A DNA stretch of 54,826 nucleotides from Octopus bimaculoides (taxonomy: Eukaryota), in contig NC_068996.1 of assembly GCF_001194135.2 (NCBI RefSeq), positions 52,973,544 to 53,028,369 of the forward strand, written 5' to 3'. Of the stretch, positions 46,225-54,826 are shown piece by piece. Numbering within the stretch: position 1 is the stretch's first letter; each line of letters begins with the position of its first letter. The notes below the pieces were generated by a model. It was not told the DNA's origin, made no database searches, and saw only the letters and a list, made by a program, of their open reading frames with translations. The translations under genes and the position numbers were made by a program.

Positions 46225-47479
46225 GGCAGGGACATCATGGAAAATTCATCATTGTATGATTGCAGCTGAAATACTATTGATCAGAATCAAGGAAAAATTG
46301 CCTGATATGTTCTGGCCTATCTCATTAATGCAGTTTCAAATCTCAGCTTTGCTACAATGTAATTTCAGGTCTTCTTTAAAGCATGAGAGGTGTAAGTAAA
46401 GAAAATGATTTCATGGATTTAAGTTGATGGGCTTAATTCATCATCTGGTTTAACTTCACCTCCTTGCAGGGCCTCCAAGAGAAATTTGGCAAGGCAGAGC
46501 AAGACTGCTTTCAGGGTCCCAGAAGTAGGGGAGTGGGGTAAATGCTTTCGAAAATGAACTGAACAATATTTCTTATCTCTAAGGAAGGATAATCTCAAGC
46601 TTTTATTTTGTTCTTGGGACCTCGAACCGATGTAGTACCGACTGAACCACACCACTTTATGGTCCAACCTCCAGATCCTTGAGTATTTGAGTTAGGTGTC
46701 CGTTCTGAGTACAACTTTCTCTTCTTACATCAATGCCAAAGGCTTGAAAAGAGTCAGAGATGCTGCCTTTTTTCATTTAACTCATTATAAAAAAAAAATT
46801 TAAATCACGATGAAAAATTAAAAGGGGTAACACTGTTTACATAAATGTTATTAAATATTTTATTTTTCTTCTACTAGACACAAATTCCACAAATATGTCA
46901 ATTGCAGTTTTCATTGTGGCAATAACAGCGAATATAAACATGACTTTAAAATTATTCACGGCAATTCATAAGAAACAACAATCGAGACATTTAATGATTC
47001 CACCAAAAAGCATGTTAAACTGGCATTATTTTTAATACCTTTCCAAAGATTATTAAAAGCTTGTATTGAAATAATTTATTTCCTACTTGCTGTTGACATT
47101 AAACACTAAAAATCACACGACTACTTGGAGAAGTCTCGATTTTGATGGAATATTCAAAGAATCTACAAGAAATTAGAGCTAATAAACCACAAATTGCTTA
47201 TTTTGATTAAGATCGCAGTCTGACAACGTCACTTTAAACCATTAAGTGATTGAAAGAGAAGATAGCATAGCATGGCGGAACGATATCAGTGTATTTATTA
47301 CTTCCACACAACTATGAAACAAAGAGAATTTCGTAAGTAAACTTACAGATAATAGAGAGACTGGCACAAAATATTATTTTATATAATTCTTAAATATGTA
47401 CAAAAGAAATCTATGAAAAGAAAGATTAAATTATATTTCCGTTAAATTATTACAGTAACTACTTTTTCTTTGTGTGTAA

Positions 47480-47622
47480 GTAGTTCCAAGTCCATCGTGT
47501 CAGGTCATATCTGCCGGAGACCGAACTTCCTTGCGGCGGCGACTCGTCATTAAAGAATTATCAATAACATGGTTTATCCAGCAGAAATAACGTGGTCGGA
47601 TAGATGTAAAAACACAAGAAAC
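47480..47622 (+). promoter_or_regulatory. CpG-rich 5' region / 5'UTR of DDOST
   Basis: CpG cluster (ctgccggagaccgaacttccttgcggcggcgactcg) directly upstream of the first coding exon, with an ETS-like acttcc. The TSS cannot be determined. Confidence 0.55.
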
Positions 47623-47779
47623 ATGTTTTCATCTAGTATACTTACTTTTTTTGTATTTCTCTTATGTGTGACGCTTTCTTTACAACAAAATTCTGGCTTC
47701 GGCGGTCGAAGAACCTTAGTATTGGTAGACAGTTGGTCTTTGAGAGAAACACATTCGATTTTCTTCAAAATGTTACGTG
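47623..47779 (+). CDS. DDOST: Dolichyl-diphosphooligosaccharide-protein glycosyltransferase 48 kDa subunit (OST48), first coding exon; possible in-frame upstream start at 47569
   Basis: MFSSSILTFFVFLLCVTLSL (signal peptide) then GGRRTLVLVDSWSLRETHSIFFKMLR, which matches the human OST48 N-terminus [25 protein letters not shown] from memory. The exon ends at a phase-1 GTAAGT donor (47780) where the homology stops. Exon 2 (RGF.LTFK.ADD) was not found in the window. Confidence 0.92.
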
Positions 47780-48575
47780 GTAAGTATTTATACACAACTA
47801 TAAATTTCTACATATACACACATACACACAGATGCACGCATATATATGAATATATTATATATATCGAAGTGCATTATGTTTATATGTGCATGGATATATG
47901 TATGTAAGGTTGGCATTTTCGCTGATAAATTGGTCCCAGAAATAACCGAATATTTAATGTTTGTATGTTTTCGGTATGCCTCGTTGTTAATTCAGATTTC
48001 ATTAAGTGATTTTAATTATTTATTTAAATACAGAAAAATTTAACATGATATAATTGAGCGAGTGTATGGGTCCCGGTCGTGCGGATGTACACGTGTAATT
48101 AGGAGGCAAGCCAGCACCCTCCCCTCGTCGAATAAACATACACACAAACGTGTATATATGTGTATACACACAGATATATATACATTATATATATGTGTGT
48201 GTGTATGTATATATCTATGCGTATATGCATATATGTGTGTGTATATCTATGTGTATATGCACATATATATATGTGTGTGTGTGCATATATATGTGTGTGT
48301 GTGCATATCTATGTGTATATGCATGTGTTTACATCATTATACAAGGAAGCCTGGAATCTATAAAATATGCTAAATCTCCCAATTTATATCATAGCGTCTT
48401 AATTAGGAATTAGTAATATAAGATTATCGTAACTCTAAAAAAGACGAGAGAGTCACGCTTGGGGTATTTTTGATAAGCCTACTCGCTCACAATTAAGGTT
48501 AAAGAGCAAAAACACCAATTGTTACCAGCAGTTATATTTTTTAATACAATTTAAACATAAGATTTTATGTGTGTG

Positions 48576-48606
<31 letters not shown>

Positions 48607-48818
48607 GTATATATATATGCACAAACACATATCAATGCTTACATGCGCATATACAGACATACATGTGTATATATTTGTATATATATGTGTGTGTATATAT
48701 ACACACACATACATTCCCTTTGAGAATTATCCGGTCTTAGTAGACACATGACATATGATCTTCTTCTAGCACATTAGCAGTCCACCTAGTGGCCTCCTTT
48801 ATATATACTTTAATATAT

Positions 48819-48873
<55 letters not shown>

Positions 48874-49799
48874 GAGAGAGAGAGAGATCTATCACGAAAT
48901 AGGATCACATATTTGTTTAGAATACTTAATCTTTTGTTGTGTTAAAAGAAGACTTTCCAATATATGCTTTAGTTACTCTGTTAAATGCCGTAAATTTAAT
49001 CTTGATTATAAAATTATGCGTTTAATTCGATGCAAGAGAACCAGTGCTTCCTTCGTTTACAAGGCTGACGTGTCTCAATCAGGAACTACCTTCGTGTGGA
49101 GAGTACATAGTTTTGGGTTGCTAACCAGAACAGGTTTCTGCTGCACTGATAGATTCTCGTGAATATTTGTTGTTAATCTTAAGTTTGAATTTTTTTATTC
49201 ATAACAAAGAAAAGAAAAGAAAAAAAACGACTTCTTTGTGGCTTAACAATAGGGGATTTGTTGCATTAGTTTTAATCCTCTGAAATTAACAACGTTGATA
49301 AATCTCTTAATGATACGTTAGGCATGTACTTCGGTAGTAGCAGACTTTACAAACGAGAGATTGATACCGTTGAATTTCTCATCCGAACATTTACACACAC
49401 ACGTTATTATCATCATCATTTCTCGTCTGCTTTCCAACTAGTATTTAGAATGGTTCGACAACATGCAATAGGTCGGAGAACCTTATCTTCCAACATTTCA
49501 TTTTTGGCCTGGTTCTTCAACTGGATGCCTTTCCTAGCACCAAACATTTTAGCGACTGTACTGCGTACATTTTGTAGCGCCATGACTGTCGGGGTAGCCA
49601 TCGCAGCTTGGTGTGCAAAAGAGAGCATCCCACGATAGAAAGAACAGATTTATTGTGAGAGGATAGTAATATACACAAATTGTTCTTGCTCATGAATTAG
49701 ATAATTAGGCGATGATCTAACTCTGCACTCATCAGATTTGCTGGTGTGGAAGCTATGGTGACGGCTTTCTGCTACTACGGATCAGCGAGTATTACATCT

Positions 49800-49995
49800 G
49801 GTTTGTGGGTGCTGTGAATTTCTTTTTCCTGGATCTAAGCCCAAAGTATTAGGTCTTTGCAAGTGATTTTGCAAAGAAAAAAAGCTTGCCATCTCAAACA
49901 TCTGACCAAGTCAGTCATCTTTTCTACCAGCATCTTCCTGTAGGGCTCATTAGATAGTTTGGATATTTTTTGTTGAGTGTCCCAAGTCATACAGT
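49800..49995 (-). mobile_element. Penelope-like ORF N-terminal remnant
   Basis: SNEPYRKMLVEKMTDLVRCLRWQAFF resembles the Penelope N-terminal Y...L+EK...+.R+RW.AFF motif, followed by frameshifted GLRSRK. Confidence 0.6.
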
Positions 49996-50128
49996 AGAGA
50001 GATATACAATATGGATATTGTATATGAAGAGGCTGCAGTAGATGATTCACTTCAACCTAGCAAAACAACCTGCAGCATTAAAACAGTTTGGTCTTAGATC
50101 CAGGAAAGAGATTCTTAGATTATTAATA

Positions 50129-50300
50129 TAAGGTACAGGCATGGCTGTGTGGTTAAGAAGTTTGCTTCCCTACCTTATGGTTTTTGGTTCAATCCCACTG
50201 TATGGCACCTCAGGCAAGTGTCTTCTACTATAGCTCCAGGTTGACCAAAGCCTTGTGAGTGGATTTGGTAGATGGAAACTCAAAGAAGCCCATTGTATGT
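50129..50300 (+). mobile_element. SINE family A, 5' half
   Basis: tggctgtgtggttaagaag...ggttcaatcccactg...gatggaaactcaaagaagccc. Confidence 0.8.
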
Positions 50301-51427
50301 GTATGTTACTGATTCCTTGCCTTGATATCATGTGGTAATTGTAAGCAGTCTTCTGTGAAAAAGTATCTGATTATGAGGAAAAATTACCTCACTTAGAAGC
50401 AAGTGAGGCTTTGTGACAGCATCCAGCTGTAGAAAATTCACCTCAACAAATCTTGTTCAACACATGTGAGCATGGAAAAGTAGACAGTAACACAATGATG
50501 ATGATGCATACTTATATATACACACACACTACTCATACATATATTCATGCACACACAATCATGTATATAAATATATATATATATATATATAAAATCGGTT
50601 TGTGAATATATCTATGCAGCCTACCCAAACAGGTCAACACACTCTCTCTCTTCTCCACCCCTGTCAACTGTATCGTCATTATTATCCTATAACTGGCATC
50701 CCTCTACCTTCCCCAACTGACCATTTTCCACCCCTATATCCCTCACCTCCCCCATCCAGCCTTCAACCTTATCTAATCATTACAAATGTTGCCTATCTCC
50801 CTTCTTCTGTTTCCCCTATATCTTGCACCCTATACATTCTTACAACCCTCTACCCACACACAGTCCTTGCTTTTCTGTTCCCATTCACTACTATTCATCT
50901 TGAGGTACTACCTGGACACTTCATTACCACAATTTATATCTTTGGGGACACTACTAGCTCATTCTCAACTATACCTTAAATGTGAGTAGCCATGTAACTC
51001 CTTTACCACAAGAACCTGTTCTACCTGAACCCCTTCTCTCATACCTTAATCCCCTCACTAGATAGTGATGCTAGGCTAGCCCTGTTGCAATGTCTGAAAG
51101 AATAATTTTGAGAATTGTATCAGAGTTTGAATAGGCAACTCGGAAAGAAAAATTAACATCAACAGTACATTTATAGACTGTATCCTTATCTAACAGTCCA
51201 TAAGAGAGCAGTTATAGGTATTACTGCAATGGCTGTTGTTAGTGGAAGGGTTTTCACTAGTTTCATTTAACTTGTGAGTATTAGAAGAAGAAATTAGGAG
51301 TAATCAAATAAGGAATTTTAATTGTGTTTTTGTTGATTTTGTAGTATTTATGACTTGGAGGAAAATGTTTTTTAAGACAGGACTAGATTTTCCTAATAGG
51401 TGTAGTTACATAAGTGTTGTTTTACAT

Positions 51428-51810
51428 ATAGGCGCAGGAGCGGCTGTGTGGTAAGTAGCTTGCTTACCAACCACATAGTCCCAGGTTCAGTCCCACTGCG
51501 TGGCATCTTGGGTAAGTGTCTTCTACTATAGCCTCGGGCCAACCAAAGCCTTGTGAGTGGATTTGGTAGGCGGAAACTGAAAGAAGCCCGTCGTTTATAT
51601 GTATGTATATATGTATGTTTGTGTGTCTGTGTTTGTCCCCCCAACATCACTTGACAACTGATGCTGGTGTGTTTACGTCCCCGTAACTTAGCGGTTCGGC
51701 AAAAGAGACCGATAGAATAAGTACTAGGCTTCCGAAGAATAAGTCCTGGGGTCGATTTGCTTGACTAAAGGCATGGCTGCAGTCAAATGGCTGAAACAAG
51801 TAAAAGAGAG
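51428..51810 (+). mobile_element. SINE family A, near full length (used as the reference copy)
   Basis: A-box-like cggctgtgtgg, B-box-like ggttcagtccc, internal (TA/TG) microsatellite, core, and tail gaaacaagtaaaagagag. Confidence 0.9.
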
Positions 51811-52084
51811 TATATGTTTTTTCGTATTGTGTTTTTGTTGTATGTAGTGTGGGTTCTATAGAAGTAATTTTATGTTTATAGCCACCTCTGTGGAGCTATT
51901 ATAATATGGTACAGTTTCTGTAAATCATAGTTACTTGATGTAACACTCAATCTTTTTAACTCTTTTTACTACTCCTACCATGAACCAAATGAATTTTTGC
52001 GATACATCCATGTTCACTCAATCACCCTAGTAATATTATCGACCACCTTGTTCCAAAAAATCTTTCAAAGACTTTTGTACCTCG

Positions 52085-52225
52085 TTATTAGGAAGAGCAT
52101 CCAGCCAAAGAAAAATTGCCAAATCAGATTGGAGCCTGGTACAGGTCTCTGGCTTACCAGTTCCAATCAAACCATCTAACCCATGCCAGCATGGAAAACA
52201 GACACCCATATAATGATGATATATA
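52085..52225 (+). mobile_element. Short RTE 3' end
   Basis: ttaggaagagcatccagc...aacccatgccagcatggaaa. Confidence 0.7.
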
Positions 52226-52429
52226 TACACTGTTATATATTATCCCCAAACTGGTTATTTTGTAGGAATTTTTTTAGCTGTACTATTTTATAGCTTATGT
52301 AGTTTTTATATGTATATATTTGTGTATACTCTTGCATATGTGTATGGGTCTTATGTACATTGTGTATGGTGATATGCATGTATAAAAGTTGTGTGTGTGT
52401 GTGTATGTATATATATAATTAAGTGTAGA

Positions 52430-52706
52430 TATGACTGTGTGGTAAGAAGCTTGCTTCCCAAACAATGGTTCCAAGTTCAGTCCCACTGCATAACACCTTG
52501 GGCAAGTGTCTTCTACTAGATCCCTGGGCAGACCAAAGCCTTGTAAGTGGATTTGGTAGACGGAAACTGAAAGAAGCCTGTCATGTGTTTTGGCAGAAGA
52601 GACTTGGAGAATAAGTCCTAGGGTTGATTTTTTTGTTTAAAACCCTTCAAAGCAGTAGCCTGTACCCTGGGAGCAGTTCAGTGCCTGAAACAAGTCAGAG
52701 ATAAAA
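52430..52706 (+). mobile_element. SINE family A, internally deleted
   Basis: Head and tail are both present and the central core is missing. Confidence 0.75.
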
Positions 52707-53214
52707 AACATGTATGTATATATGTGTGTGTATATACATATAAGTATACACATACATACACACGCATGTGTGTAGATAAGTATATATAAATGTATGCGTA
52801 TGTATTAGTAGATATGTGTGTCTGCAAAACATCTTGCCAACACCTCCACTTGGCTTCACCATTTGCTGTATTTCTCTCTCTGCCTCCACATTATGTGTCC
52901 ATATCAAAATCTCTTCCCCACCATGCATTCTCCTAACTCCCTCTATCTGTACTTACTACACTTCTTCTCCTCCTCTCCATCTCTCACGAACTTACCCACC
53001 CACTCGCCCTTTGCAATCCTTGTTTCCATTCCATGTGTATCACCCCCCTCCCCATCATGTCTTCACTGTTTTCTCTCTAACTGAGGTAGCCAAGTACATC
53101 CTTTCCTGCAGAACACCTATCTCTCTCTCTCTATTTATACTCGGACATCTCACCACCAGGCACAAAGCCACCTCCCTCAGTCATATTCCTCCCCTTGGTT
53201 GAGGGAGTCTTGTC

Positions 53215-53540
53215 TTGCAAGTTACTTGGTGACCCCCGCTGCTGCTGGTGCCACATAAAAATCACCCTTTGTATACTTGGTAAAGTGGTTGGCATTAGGG
53301 AGTGCATCCAGCTGTAGAGATCATGTCAAAACACACAATAGAGCTTGACACAGCCTTTTGACTTGTCAGTTCCTGTATATTTATTTATATATCATCATCA
53401 TCATCATCATCATTTGACAGGCAATCTGCAAGGCTGCATCAAGCTTCAGTGTCAGCTTTGACATAATCTCTATGGCTGATGCTGCCCTTCCTAACATTAA
53501 CCACTTTACAGATTGTATTGGGTGCTGTTTTCTTTTTGTG
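53215..53540. mobile_element. Two degenerate RTE 3' fragments, tail to tail
   Basis: 53215-53370 is sense (tggttggcattagggagtgcatccagctgtag). 53390-53540 is antisense (gctgcccttcctaacattaaccac). Confidence 0.6.
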
Positions 53541-54479
53541 TCACTGGCAGAAAAGGAGAGGAAAAGGTAAAAATCTCCCAGTATTTTAGAGAGAGTGGAA
53601 GGTGGCTTCATGCTTAGATGTTGAAAGGCTAAGACAGTAAGACCAAGGGACAAATGTAGGTGTCTTATTGTAGAGGTGATACAGGGCTAACCTCATTTTT
53701 TATTTATAGATGTGGCTGGGAGTAGTTTAGAAAGAGAGAAAAGAAAGTAGCGATGGAGTGCCAGAGAAAACTCTTCAGGTACAAGAAGGGTTAGGGAGAG
53801 TGGGTCATGGATGGGGAGATTGGATGCTTTCATAGAATGTGAGGGTGAAGTAACAGACGGGGTGCAGAAGTGAATGTAGTGAATGATAAACAACTACAGA
53901 GATGTAGTTAAGGGAAAGAAAAACTAGTGTTGAGCGGGGGGTGGGGGTAAGGTGAGAGATAGAGGAGTGATTGAGGAAGGAGGATAGATCAAAAACTAGC
54001 AGAATGATGTACATGGTGTATGAGGAGCGGAGAGGGAAACACAGAGGTATGTAAGGGAGTTAGAGATGAGAAGGTATTGAGAATGATAAACAGATAAAAG
54101 TTGTTTAGAATAGAGTATAGCAAAGGGAAGAGAGATCAGTGGCTGAGGGCACAAAAAGGAGGAGGAGATGGTGGTGGTGGTAATGAGAAATGGAAGTGAT
54201 TGGAGTGGGGTGACTAGAAAGGAATGTAATATCTGCCAGTTTGATTCTCAGGTAATTACAGTGCCATTGATAGGGGAGTTATAGGTGTTAGGGGATGAGA
54301 ATTGGGGGAAAAGCTTGATGGAAGGGGGTCATACAAGCATACCAGGTGGTTTTAGGATATCATTTGTGCTGTGATAGACCGGGTCTTCTCAAGCACAGTA
54401 AATCACTAATTATCAAAGTTCTCTGTCACCTCCTCCTTAAAGCTCAGCATCTTGAGATTAGCTTTCAATACTTTATACA

Positions 54480-54826
54480 TCTATACTATATATAAAACAA
54501 AGATGTGTGTGTAATCGCTTATCACGTGAAAACGGCTTCACTATTTACTTCCATACTTGTGATGCAGGAATAATTTGACCTCGGATAAATCTTAGGCTCT
54601 TCATTTGATTTTTTTTATTAAGATAAATAATATTGCTTTATATTTAAGATTCACTTCTTTAAAAATGTTCCTCAATGTCAACTTCCGGTAGCCATAGTTT
54701 TTTCTTCACTTTAACTTCAATCGTTACTGTTCGCACTAAAAGTTTACTCACATTTACTGATGTAAGTAATTTCATCATTTACTAACAGAAGTACGGTGTG
54801 ACAAATTTCGATTCAACATCACTTTC
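54480..54826 (+). mobile_element. Probable Helitron-type element, 5' end
   Basis: A|TCTATACTATATATAAAACAAAGATGTGTGTGT is a 5'-TC terminus after a host A, as in non-autonomous Helitrons. The 3' hairpin/CTRR end is not in the window. Confidence 0.55.

Noticed and set aside
46419-46667. 82-codon minus-strand ORF containing KYCSVHF (THAP-like)
   Set aside because: It starts at TTG just after a stop, has no convincing splice sites, and shows no other THAP residues.
49066-49072. UPRE-like TGACGTG in DDOST intron 1
   Set aside because: It is a single 7-mer lacking the consensus G/A eighth base, which is expected by chance in 7 kb.
49700-49740. CTGATGAG on the minus strand next to the Penelope N-terminal remnant
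   Set aside because: There is no downstream stem II-GAAA.
47780-54826. DDOST exon 2
   Set aside because: No segment encoding RGF.LTFK.ADD-like residues was found by eye, so it is presumably beyond the window.
1-54826. A prokaryotic operon, defence system or foreign insert
   Set aside because: There is no gene-dense or compositionally distinct block. Every long non-gap ORF is a transposon remnant, a microsatellite translation, or the DDOST exon.

Overview
AT-rich, repeat-dense eukaryotic genomic DNA with 12 assembly gaps (4655-4840, 5768-6047, 8521-8624, 11861-12130, 13474-13483, 25668-25677, 29830-30827, 32990-33247, 35770-35869, 40170-40515, 44168-44424, 45656-46027). The repeat families look like those I recall from octopus genomes, which is an inference with no database check. 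The only host gene I recognise is DDOST/OST48, whose first coding exon (+, 47623-47779) is followed by a >7 kb intron running off the window. The rest is a mosaic of mobile DNA: about 20 RTE-LINE 3' fragments with (GAT)n tails, three tRNA-derived SINE families, and Penelope, Tx1/L1, R4/Dong-like and CR1-like remnants. DNA transposons and other elements include a DD37D (maT) element, a mariner derivative interrupted by a Ty3/Gypsy derivative, a Chapaev3-like remnant, tandem piggyBac-type MITEs and a Helitron 5' end. The most notable unlabelled signal is four sequence-unrelated small elements that each carry a type I hammerhead-ribozyme core (about 6.5, 10.1-10.6, 29.7 and 32.9 kb). The one at 32.9 kb has an intact catalytic core and a long stem I. 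Other points of interest are a telomere-repeat hairpin, a SINE-tail minisatellite with alternating units, and several unannotated candidate exons around a CpG-rich region at 22-24 kb. All calls were made by eye from the sequence and the ORF track.
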